From: Saccostrea cucullata
Lineage: Eukaryota
DNA: 64,000 nucleotides
Direction: 5' to 3'
NCBI RefSeq assembly: GCF_032062105.1
Contig: NW_026934231.1
Span: 558,001 to 622,000, forward strand
Below the pieces are notes generated by a model. It was not told where the DNA came from. It saw only the letters and a program-made list of their open reading frames with translations, and did not search any database. Position numbers and translations under genes: made by a program. Positions 49,613 through 62,300 of the stretch are shown here, in pieces; the stretch's first letter is position 1, and each line of letters opens with the position of its first letter.

Positions 49613-52600
49613 TAGAACTGCGCAGCTACAGCATTTACGAGATGAAAAATGCATTGAATATAGTGTTAGTTTGATTCATTGATAATATGGCTACAACCAT
49701 TTGTTTCGCTTTTTTCTTGTCATTATCCATAATTCTTGAAAATTTGATTTTTCATATGGGTGTCTTCCTGAGGCCATGTGTTCATTTCGTCCGCCATTCC
49801 TCTGTCACACAGAGTTCGAATAGCATTGGTTTTAAAATAAATGCGACCATAATAACATCAAGACAAGAAATTACTAAGTAATAATCATTAGGTTATATTA
49901 CTTACTACTTTTATTTGTTGCATTGCATCGTCTGATTAATGAAAAAAAAGCGATTTTAACCCCACTCCAGCAAATCGGGAAAAACTGTTCTGTTTACAGC
50001 TCGAGTTTCCTCGATAATATCATTCCACTGAGCACGTGGTTCAATCGGCAATCCTCGGCTGACTCCGCTACGCTCCATTCAAACCTCGGATGTGATAGGT
50101 GGAGGAATACGCAACAGATCGCTACATTTCTCCGCCGGAAACTGCCTTGTCACTCATTTCATATTTCGCTTTGCCTAAAGTTCTTAGAAAAGGTATCTTT
50201 ATTGGTGTAATTCCTCGTGTTAATTACAACCAAATGTTAGTATTCTTTGAAAGAAAGAACACAGTGTTGGGCGTGCATCAAAGTAACTCGGATTTCAAAA
50301 GTATAATATTTGAATGAAATTCAAATAAGATCACATGACTGAATCAGCAAGATGGAAGATCACCATTGACGTCCGAGGTTATGTACGAGGTACGAGTCAT
50401 CCGAGGAACTCCGATTGCACGTGGTTGGCATGTGCATATATCTGCTGTGGATAGATGCGTTTATTACCATGATTATATTTAATTTTTCATGGGAAAAGTC
50501 TTGATGATTTGTTGGTTTCTTTAAAACTCAAGAAAAAAGATAAAACATGGCCTAAACATATGTGATTACGGTGGGTCTTTTTTCTGTGGCGATAGAAGTT
50601 ATTTTCAAATGGGGCACTGCAAGGAGAATGCTTAGCATTTAATTTGAAAATGTTAAACAATATGCGGTGCATGAAAAACAAATTGTAATTACATGTTTTA
50701 CATTCGAAAAGTTGGTACATGTTTCTATTTTGTTTAGCAGTTAGATAGAAAAAATAGGCAGTTATAGGATTTCCTTCAGGCACCTCACAAAAATAGCTAG
50801 ATTGTTTGCAATGAACCACACATAGTATGGAGTAATGTTTGGACATAAAAACGCATCATGTCTCATTATGTTGACAACATTGTAAGCTCTCGCTCATTGA
50901 ACATACGAAACTTGATAAAATATATTGAGTTGTTTCTTTGAAATTTAGAAGCAAGCACAATGTTTGCAAAGAAAAGTCCATTGCATATGCTATGTCTATC
51001 ACGCAAAAAAATGAGAGGCTACCCCCCCCCCCCACCCCCCAAAAAAAAATCCTATGTTTGTTTTTCAAAATAGTGCCAAAGATTCAAAAATTTTGCATTA
51101 CTAAGTATGTGATGGAACATGTACTAGCCTTATAAGACAATTTGTTATAAAAATATTTGGTTGCCCTCTCTCCCGATCTACTGCCTACAAATGGCCCGAC
51201 TCATTTTTTTTTTGTTACATCCCATTACATGTTTTTTTTTCTTCCGTCAACGAATATGTTTAAAATTTTAGGAATTTTTTCCTCACCTATAAATACGGAC
51301 CCAATAATTTTTCCCTGAGTTGGGAGGACCACCAAACGTCATTTTAAAGATGGTATAAAATATTTATTAATGTTGATTTTTTTCTTTACTCTGTAAAATT
51401 GTAATTTTGACAAAAAGGGCAAATAGAAAGAGTTTTTGTATTCATTAAATCTCCTAACCCACTCTGAATGATTTCATTCCTTTTCAAATGTTGCTCCGCT
51501 AAAATCAAAATTGTAAATGTTTATTAGACAGAGTATACGAGGGTAGACCAAAAAGTAAACGATATATCTTAGGTATTTGATAGTTATATTTTGAAATATT
51601 CAAGTATTTTTCAAAGTGTAAATTGGAGGTCTTTGATAGCATTTTGCTTAATTAAAAACACATCCCTTTTCAAACTTGCTAATATATCACTGGGCAATAT
51701 AACAAGTATCATATTTAACCATCTGCCTTCCTTCACTAAAACGATCTATCCAATCATTGATTGAATTTGTAGGAAGTCATTTGTCTTAATAAACTATGAA
51801 CAAATTCTTATATGCTACTTCAAAGGCATTTTAAAGATATACCATAAATATTTTAGTCGTTTGTTAAACGAGTACCACTGAGGCAACCATTTATCGTCAC
51901 AAGTACCTGCATAATGACGTCATTATAAGCAAGACTTTATTCAGCATATATGCTATTTTATAGAACTTGTGTTTGGCTATGTGTGCACCAAATTTGTTTC
52001 TAATCTAAATTGTGGTTTTGTAGATATAGAGATAGTTCGCGAACTTTTTGATCACCCCTCGTACTAGTAGGTACTAAATCAAGGTCATTCATATCGATTT
52101 TATGTGTTTAATTTCTTTGTGTTTCATTGGTGATAATTAAAATTTTGATATATATTATAAGTTATCTGTGGCAAACTTACAAACTCTTAATTCTCAACTT
52201 TGATGGTGCTCATTTTTCCTTACCTGGAATCAAAGAGTTTAAGATTTTTTTCTTTGATATCAATAAGTACATTATTTAACAACTGTTCGATAATAATACT
52301 AAATAAATTACTTCAAGCCATACTATAGCACATTTCCTCTTTTAAAAGTGTTCATACTATTTGAAATATTTTGCAATAGTAATTCTCTTCCACATTTAAA
52401 GATTGTTATGTCCCTCCATATTAAGAAGAGGTCTGGAAAACAAAATTCTGTGCTAAAAATAGACCACGTGCTGCTTTCCATGAACTACTTTCATGGTTCT
52501 TTACACTCTTTTTGAAGACAACGATACCTTGTTTTGAACTTGAAATTATCATTTAAAAGTGCAAAATTTAGACATTTTCTCAACAAATGGTTGTAGAGAG

Positions 52601-52674
52601 AACATTGATGCACAGTTTGCATATTTTTTTGGATTTTTTAAGGCTCTGCTGAATTCTGTAGCTGCGCAGTTCTA
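49613..52674. mobile_element. Nested TIR element
   Basis: TIR tagaactgcgcagctacag / ctgtagctgcgcagttcta. Confidence 0.7.
51538..52061. mobile_element. Mariner-derived MITE
   Basis: TA|cgagggtagaccaaaaagt...actttttgatcacccctcg|TA; termini resemble 30885-31954. Confidence 0.7.
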
Positions 52675-53316
52675 AGGAGCATATCAAAAGCATTTTTCTG
52701 CAAAAGTATAGGTTATATATGCACAACATGCATTCAGATATGAATATTTATTGTATCTTTATCTTAAGGACTTAAAATTTGATCAAAATATGATGTATTT
52801 TAGCCATTTGAAGAAATGTTTACATTTTGTTCTCACAGCACTAAAGGTGGCCGTACATCCCCCTTAACTTTCAGCTCAAGTGAGCAAAAAAAAAAAATTG
52901 TCAAATGAACTTCAGATAACTGTCGACTTCATAGTTGTCAAATGAACTACAGATAACTGTTGACTTCATAGTTCCTCTGATTTCAGAGATTTATTTATTT
53001 ATATGAAATAAATATACAATCAAAGCACAGTCTAAAAATCATACATTTCATAATATAATGTACATCATCACAGCTCACAGAGAAATAGTCACTCTCTCAC
53101 AATGTATAAGGGATTTCACACTAGGTTAAGTATTAACAGCCTCAGAAGCTGAAGTCTATAGATGAACACTTGACTCGTAATCTGACGCTGTATGTTTAGA
53201 TTTTAAAAGGGCATCTGTGATTAAGATTGCCATTTTTCCAGATCTGTTGAACTTTTTCAGGTGACAAGACTTAGACCTATTTGTTCATAATTTGTTCCTA
53301 TTTCTGGTGATTCACA

Positions 53317-56300
53317 TCACATGGGTCTCCCTCGACCACGCCCCATGCCTGGGGGGCCACCACCGGGGGCATCCCCTCCTGATTTAGGATTTTTAATTGT
53401 TTCGTCAACAGAGAGGATGAGGCAAGTGGCTTCAGATGCAGCAGTGATAGCATTAATTTTGACAATGGCAGGCTCCCAAACACAGTTCTCAAAATTATCA
53501 GAAATATCCTCCTTCATTATATTTACACCATACCATAAACCACCTGTAACAAGAAAATAAAATGCATCTGAAAATATTTTGTACATCTGTATTTGTATAT
53601 GCATATTTTCTTGTGCACAGGAATAATTTTTTTTTGTTCTGGAAAAGTTATCAGATAAATTTCCAAACTACATGTATCTATGATAACAATTTTCTATTCG
53701 AATTCTGAAAACCTAGTGCCTATACACATAAATTAAGGACAAACAAAATCTGCCTCAATTACCTTCTGCATGGCTCTGTCTAAGTTTGTTGAGAATGTTC
53801 GTAGCATCAAAACCTGCATTATCACACAGTTGTCTTGGAATGATTTCTAGAGCTTTGGCCATTGCACTGATCATAAGTTGCTCCTTTCCTGCTATTGACC
53901 TGGAGTAGTCTCTCAGGTATTTACTCAGTTCCATTTCAATGGCTCCTCCACCTTTAAAACATCACAGCATTTATTTAGTATTATCAATTAAGAATACTGT
54001 GAAAGCAGAAATATTCGTGGGGGATTAAATTTCGTTTATTTCGTTGTTAACAATTATCAACGAAATTAAATCCCACACGAAATTTTATATGGCTATATAT
54101 TAAATAGAGTTACTCTCAAAACAACGAAAATAAATGCCCACGAAACTATTTTGATGACAAATCAACGAAATTTTATCCCCACGAAAATTTGTGCTTTTAC
54201 AGTATTACATGTTTTCTTCTCACTCACGGTAATGTAAAATTTCAACTTGGATTGCTTCATAGAGAACTGAGGGCAGCGTACGATTAAAGAATGGAAGATG
54301 ACCCTTCAATAAAATAAGCAATGTATGATAGGACTTTAGCAACCTACACACCATGCTGGAATATCTTTCTCACCTGCTACAACAGCATCGTTCTTCATGG
54401 CTCTTCTGACAATCATAATTGCATCATGAAGTGACCTCTCGGTTTCCTCAATGAACTGCTCTGCTCCTCCTCTTAATACGAGTGTGCATGTTTTTGCTTC
54501 TGGACAGCCAGTAAATAGATTGTACCTAAACAAAGCCAATGTCACAGTGTAAATACCGAATAAAATATATTAACCTATTTTTCTCTTTCATAACAATCTG
54601 TCAAGTACACCTTTATTTCCAAATCCAACTTAAACTTATTTATGCATGCAATTAAATGTACAGGTTTTAATTCTTGTTTCCTGTTTAAGTTCCAACCTTT
54701 CTCCTCCTATCTGAATTTCCTCGAATTTCTCGCAGGATCCGAGAACACTACCCTGTAGATTCTGACATGTGGTCTGTATAGATCCCCCGCATGCTTTCAT
54801 TGTTCTTTTTAGATCTTCCTCCGGGACTCGGCCAGCACAGAACATGTCCCTGAAATTTAATGAAAATACAAAATTACGATTCTTTTTCAAAGTTTTAGTT
54901 TACATTAAAGATATTTTTTTAACCGCAACAATCTGACAACTGCCTTCCACAAATCGGATGCATAAAGAATATTAGAATGAGACAGGTGCTCAGCAAAGCC
55001 ATCTGGCATTGACTTCAAATTTCTTTCTCAGAAGACCATCGTGAGTAAACATCATGGCACCTGTCTTTTTTTATCATTATCATCCATTTCAATTAAGGCA
55101 ATGTTTGCTTTCGAACCTTCCTTCTTTTTCAAATTGATATTTTTTATTCTCACAGGTCTAACTTTCTACGATATGCATAAACTTAACTGTTATCCCTTTG
55201 AAACTCCTTAAGAAAAAAATTTCTTCAAAACTCTTAAACCAACCACTAAATTTAAGCCTCTATTTATATTTGGTTTGTTGCTTCAATTTGGAATATTCTA
55301 ATTAACTTTTGTCCAAGTTTAGTAAGCTTCAAGTCAGATGTGAGGAGGGTAAGGTGCAATGTTAGTTAAAATTGTGTATAGTAAAGAAAAAAGAACATTG
55401 AACTACTTCCGAATTATTACAGTTGCACAGGCTTTTCAGCTTTCCCTATGGTCAACATTAAAGTTAATTTTTATATGACCCAATTACAATTTATATCTTT
55501 ACATGATTATATTTTTATCCCAATTATCTTATTTCTCTAGCTATCAAAATGTTCAAGAAAATGTTCAAGAAATGTGCATTTTCTTTCGATACCTGAAATT
55601 TAATGATGCTTATATTAAGCAGTCTTTAATCTCTACTCCTACTTTTCTACAAGCAAAGTGGATATTTGACAGATGTGCTCAGCAGAGCCTATTGGCATTG
55701 TCTTCAGATAGAAACTTCAGAAGACCATCGTGAGTAAACATCATAGCACTTGTCATGTTATCTATAACTTTTTAAAATCCTTTTTATCAATCTATAAAAA
55801 TCATCATCAATTTTTATCTATTAAAATTTAATATTACCCATTACCTGTCAGCAAAATACTGAGTAGCTACATCCCCAATGGGGAGTTTGGACAGCACAAC
55901 CTTGGCCCCACTCTTGTGAATCCAGTCTAATTTTTCGTACAGGATTTTCCATTCTGCATCAACAATGGACTGATACTCCTAAAATAACACAAGCAAACAG
56001 GGTTCGACACTAACTTTTTTACCGTGGTGGACCGCAGGTCCACTTGTCAAAAATTATTGGTGGACCTTCTCAATATCTGGTGGACCTTTAAAAATGTTTG
56101 AATGAATGAATCATTACACAAGGCGTTACTTAAAACTAACTTTAATATATACCGAGTCCAGTCAGACTAATAAAGCATAAAAATCTAACCAGTCATCAGA
56201 ATCAAATCAATCAGGGAAAAGGGACACTAGTCAGATTTTTTCAGATGTAAAACTTAAAAAAAAAAAACAAACAACATATTAATCTACAAACCAAAAAATA

Positions 56301-59300
56301 TATATATTAATAACTAGAAAACTGACCAGTCAGCAAGGGCCCCGCCATGGGGTAGAATTAATAGGGTGCAGCTTACGGAATTATTAAAAAATGTACGAAG
56401 AATAAGCAACAGCAACTGTATTCTAAAAATTTCAAGATAATTCCTGAATATTCAAAAACCTGAAAATAATATCCTTGTATTTACATTAGGCAGTAAAGAA
56501 CAACTTAACATTGAATGTATATTTAAACAATTATGAAGCTTGTGTTATATAAAATGCCAGTCTTCAATGAATGCAAATATCATGAAGGCTTGACCTTAAC
56601 TTCAAACAAACAGCATGCAGTTGCAGACAAAGGTTTTCATTAAACTTAAAGTGACAGACAAAGAAAAGCCTACTAAATTTTCTGCAGCAGGCTAGATAAT
56701 TAATCCCAAGGGATTAATTGTACCTCTCTCATCGTTTTCTTCTTAAGTTACAATAAGAACTTTTTTCAGTATTAATGATAGAGTGGGGTTTTTATACAAC
56801 TATACTAAAAATTAATAATATTCTTGAATTAACATAAAGTGAAAAAAGTAAATCAAAAAATCTTCTTTAATCTATTTTTTGTTATTAGAATTCAATGAAA
56901 TCATAACTATTAAACAAAAATAAATTATAAAAATTTATATTTAAATCCACATTTCAGAGCATTCATAGCATTCCCAATTGACTTAACTTCAAAACAAACT
57001 TCATTTGCAGACAGAGGTGGTAATTCATCTCAATTTGACAGATAAAGATAATGCTCTGGATTTTCTTCAGGAGGAAAGCTAATTAATCCCAAGGGACTCA
57101 TAGCAGCATTCACTTTACAATGGGAACATCTTCAGCAGTTATCTCTCTTTGCCAATGCTTTGGTATATAAAGTTAAGAAATCTACCCCACCACCCCAGCT
57201 CCAATCCAGGGTACATAGAGAACCAAACTTAGCATTAAAATATGTATTTCTGCCTACTTAGTGTTAAATCTAGACCCTAAAAAGGGCATGGTAATCAAGA
57301 AATCAAAAGGGCACTTTGTGTCGCGACGGGATCTCACGAGGGCACTTTTAAAACAAATGTATTAAAATGTCTTTATAAAGATTATATTAATCATTAATTT
57401 TTACATACTTTAACATTTTTAATTACCTTTAATATCCTTTCATACTGAAATCTTTATTTAAACAAGTAATTTAAAGATAAATTCATATATCTGTATTCCA
57501 TTCATTTTTTTAAAAATATCAACACAATTAGCACACCTGGGCTGACATGACAATTATTGAAACAAAAAAGGATATAAAAAAGGCATTTACATCCAATTTC
57601 TTTAATCAAAAAAGTAGTAAAGTTACACTTGAGAAAGTAATGGTATTAATCTAGCTGAAACATCTTCAAAAATTATTAAAGTTTGGAGGTATGTTTTTTT
57701 TACCTACTTGGACTGTGTTATTTGTGTACTAGTACAGTCAATTTAAAAATACTTTTTTCAGGGAAGAGGGGGAGGGACATTTTGAAAAATACATGTAGAG
57801 ACCATTCTATTTACTTGGAAAATATTCTACCAACAGGATAAAGTGAAAACTGGTCTTACTCCCAATATATTTTGTTAAAAAAAAACTCTGGCTTTAATTA
57901 GAAACATTGACCCTCAGCTTATCAAATCTATCAGTTCAATCAAAGAAACTAACTTAACTGTTGTTTTTAAGCCTTTTATAAAATTACATTCTTTTTTTTT
58001 GGTGCACTGTAAGTATTTTATTCAGATAAAATATCCGTTTTTTCTTCAAGTTCAACTATGTGTTTTATTCTACTTTCTGTTTAAAAAACGATCCTGATTT
58101 TAATTAGTAAATAATTTACAAGTTAATTTATCCTTGGTCTTGGGCTTATTCTTGCATAATCAATGCAATCAAATGACAGTTTCTCAAGTTAAATCCTCTA
58201 CCCTGACAGCCTGAGGCATGTTAATTAGCCAGGTGGCTGTGTGGTGCGTTCAAGCGTGAAGTGATTTCCTGTCGTTGTGTAAACAAAGGGATTATCAGCA
58301 TGCACTGAATAAACAGAACAGCAAAGGAATATTGCCTAAACTGGGCATATTTATTAATTTTGGGTTAGGAAATAAGGGCATGGTGCTGGAAAAAAGGGCA
58401 TGGCGCCGAGAAAAAGGGGCATGGCGCCGCGCCATGCTAGTTTGCTTTAGATTTAACACTACTACTGAACTACCATACCAAATTTGTACTTGATTGGGCA
58501 ACCATAAAAAAAGTTGTCCATTCATTCTTATGCATAGTTAAGGAATCTACCCCACCACCCCAGCTCCAAACCAGAAGACATATAGAACCAAACTTAGCAT
58601 CAAAATATGTATTTCTGCCTACTGAACTACCATACCAAATTTGAACTTGATTGGGCAACCATAAAAAAAGTTATTAGAAAAAAACAGAAAATTTGTGGAC
58701 GGAAGAGTGACAGACGGACAGACAGACAGACAGACAGACGGACAGACAGAGTGATTACTATAGGGCACCCGCAAATTCTTGCGGGGCCCTAATTATCATT
58801 CAGGTACAGTGCTGAAAACCTGCATTTATTTCGCTTCCAAAGGTAGATTTCATTATAAAATTTCAATTATTAATAAATTTGTTTGCAGATGAAACAAGTG
58901 AATTCTTCACGTATCTATGGCTAGATATTTTTTTTTACTACGAAGCAAAACTGACATAGGCATGATAGGTACATGTATGTGTATTAATTAATTATTTTCT
59001 AAATTCATTGTTTATTCAAAAAAGTAGTGTTAAAATGTATATCAAGAAAATTAAAAAAAAACAATGCATATAAATGCAGCTGTCAATCAATTTTAATTAT
59101 CTCCAATAGTGTGCGTTCAGGCGTGAAGCGATTTCCTGTTACCCAGTGTAATTTTCACACCTTTCTGTGCATTACGTAAACAGAGGAGAGACTGGCTAAT
59201 TTGGCACGGATTTTTCATGCTTCTTATTCAACATGTTCAAGGTCCGTGTTGAATGTTCTATTGTTAATATTGGAGTTATGAATTTTACATGTAAAAAAAT

Positions 59301-62300
59301 ATCGATTTGCTAGGTCACCCTGATTACCTAAAACATTATTTACATGCATATTTATTTCTTGTAAAATACAGGTATTGAGGAATTATTTAATAATTTGAGT
59401 TACAGATTACGATTTATAGCAAAAACCCCTGAAATTTCACTTTTTTTTTTTTTTTAATTTTTTAATATGTTGTTTAAATTTTAAGTGGACCGACGGTCCA
59501 CCTAGTCCAGAACGTTTGGTGGACCTTCCAATTTTTTGGTGGACTCGGGCCGCCGGTCCACCGTTAGTGTCGAACCCTGGCAAATCCGTGTGGGATCAGA
59601 AACTTATTCCATAGGCTTAGAAATTTTCCTGTATTCTCCTGACAATGTGTTATTGTTATTATATTATAATATTGTATTATTATTATATTGAGATTATGGT
59701 AACTCACCTGAACGTTATCCACTCTGACTTCAGCATTCTCTTTCTCAGCTTTAAGTTCCAGTTCAACATTAAGTAGCGCAATCTTTGGTTTCTCATATTT
59801 CTTAGGTTGCATTTCAAAGCCAGCATAGCTAAATGTTTTCTTGAATGCTACACCTGCCACCAACCTGGAGTCCTGCAATCCACAACAAGGTACAGGTTAG
59901 TAAACTTGAAAGGCACATAAATTATTATCCAAGTGCCCCATTTATTGTCCTAATCATGAAACTCTGGATCAATGTCAAAATTGCAAGAGAAATACCACTT
60001 TGTTGTTTATATGTACCTTCACAAGCTATGGTCATACTCAGAGAGAAGCATACAACCAACTCTCAGGAAGAAAGCCACACCCCTATCATGTCTACCCTGA
60101 CTAAAACAGCCAATGGCTGACACACAGGGTGGAGGCTCTTTATATACCACTGATGTAACACCAAAAACCTGAGAGAGGTCCTCAGTTGACTTATCAGTGG
60201 AAGTAAGTTACAGTATACAACTTTATCTAAAATTCTGATTTATTTTTCTAACACGAATGAGTGGAAATCTGCAACAATGCAAAGTAACTACATTCCTAAT
60301 TCTCTAACATGCATGAATGAGTACTTCTCTCACCTCTAAGGCTCCTCCTGTGACTTTCTTGACACCAATCATGTTCAATGGGAGTAGTTCATCTAATAAC
60401 ATCACAGCATCTACCACCATTTTAGCAAAGAAGTCCTTCTGATGAGCCACAAGTTTGGAGCTCAGTGTTGTGGCTGCACATTTCTCCAGTAATTGCCTGT
60501 GCTCCCTGGAAGTAACAATATAAACTTCATTTTCTCTGTGTTAAACACTTCTGACAATTATATGTATTTCAGACTCAGTTTTGCTACATGCTGACTGCTC
60601 ATGAAATGGTTTCTTACTTCTTGTCATCCTTCTTCACTTTGACAGAAATTTCTTTGATTTTTTGAACACTCTGTTGAAAACAAAGTACAGTACATAAAAT
60701 CATAAATCAAAAGAATATTTCTTCATTATCTTCATATGATACAAGATACAATGAAGCAGCTTTCAAATTTTAAGAAATTTACTCAATAAATACATGGACT
60801 TCATCTTAAGTCTATCATCATAAAGTTGAAAATGATGAATATATAAATATTGTTAGAAAAAATTAATTTAGATCTTCTGGAAAAAACAGCTTAGTATAAA
60901 GAAAAAGTAGAATAATCATGTCTCCAGAAAGTTAGAACCACTTAAATACTTGATCTCTGAATTGGGATTTTCCTTATTTCATTCTAATTATATTCTAATG
61001 AACATATACAATAATCAAGTGTTGGAAGGAGTTCGAACCGAGAAGACGATGTTTGTCATCGCAGTCTCACGACTTCCTTTTCTCTGTCCTCTCTACATCA
61101 GGCTCTGAATCAACAATGTGTTTACTTTTAACTGCTGACCCCAACCAAGAAAACTTAGAGGAATCAACAATTAAAAGAACACTGGACTCAGAACTGTGAT
61201 ATAGAAGAGGATTAGGAATTACAAGTGACATTTCTTACTCTAGAGTCTAATAACTCACTAGATTTGTAGCTTTTCTGAATGCCCTGATGATGACTTGAGG
61301 ATGTACATTTTCTTCCACAAAAGGTTTGGCTTGTTTCAAAAATTCACCAGCTAATAAAACTACTGATGTTGTACCATCACCCACCTGTAAACAAATGGAT
61401 AAAAAATATCTTAATGAAATTTTAAAACAAGAAATCAAACATGCTTTGGCAATAACAAGGTTAAAGTGACTGCAACATTTTTACCTCTGCATCTTGAGAT
61501 CTAGCTATATCAACTAATGTTTTAGCTGCAGGGTGAACAATATCCAAATTCTTCAAAATTGTGGCTCCATCATTTGATATTATAGACTTTCCTGCAAGAG
61601 TAGCCAAAAAAGTTCTTTTAACATATTCTTTCATGGTGGATACTGAGGCAACAAATAATTTATTATGACATGTTTTGTGAATTCAGAATACATTCAATAA
61701 CAGCTTTTACAAATTTAAGAGTCACCTTGCTCACTGATGATTAGTTTGTCCATGCCCCTTGGACCCAGTGTAGTTCTGACAGCATCAGCTATGGACTGAC
61801 AGGCATTGATATTGCTAACAATCTGGGGGATTCCTTGTGAGGAATCGGTCCCTTCCTTCAGCAAGATAATCTGTGGTTGCTGAAATGAGAGTAAAATGTT
61901 TAGATTTGGATGTTTGCGGCAGTTGCATCAAATGTGACGTGTAGCAGTTTCAATAGCAGCAATGTGCAACAGGAAAGGAGAAAATGTATGGCTTGACCAG
62001 GAATTAAACCCAGGACCCCTGTACCACTAGTCAGTGGCTCTACCAACTGAGCTATCCAAGCTGCTATCCACGTCCAAAATCATTATGATTGCACACATTT
62101 CAGAGATCTGCTAAGTAAATTACAGCTATTAAGATTCCACACATTTGGGCAAATTGTCTAATCTCTTTCCAATGAAGGGGTCCTTTAATGCATAATTTCA
62201 CTCCCCTTTTGAAAATGTTACTTAACTTTAGGAGGAACTTCAAAGGCTTGCAAGCCTTTATGGTCATTTTTACATTTTTATAACGTTCAGTGATTGAATA

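Larger units (their letters stand above)
49425..52863. mobile_element. 3.4-kb Kolobok-like element (TTAA TSD) hosting nested elements
   Basis: ttaa|gggggatgtac...gtacatccccc|ttaa. Confidence 0.75.
55998..59579. mobile_element. hAT5-like non-autonomous element (5-bp TSD) hosting nested insertions
   Basis: TIR cagggttcgacactaac / gttagtgtcgaaccctg; subterminal ggtggacc repeats; TSD gcaaa at 55993-55997 and 59580-59584. Confidence 0.8.

Noticed and set aside
49687-51135. Cluster of short ORFs as a transposase
   Set aside because: Inside nested elements, with no DDE or other recognisable motifs.
54225-54360. Further H/ACA snoRNA in a CCT7 intron
   Set aside because: Hairpins and an ACA are present, but H box and spacing are unconvincing and no family was recognised; worth a cmscan.
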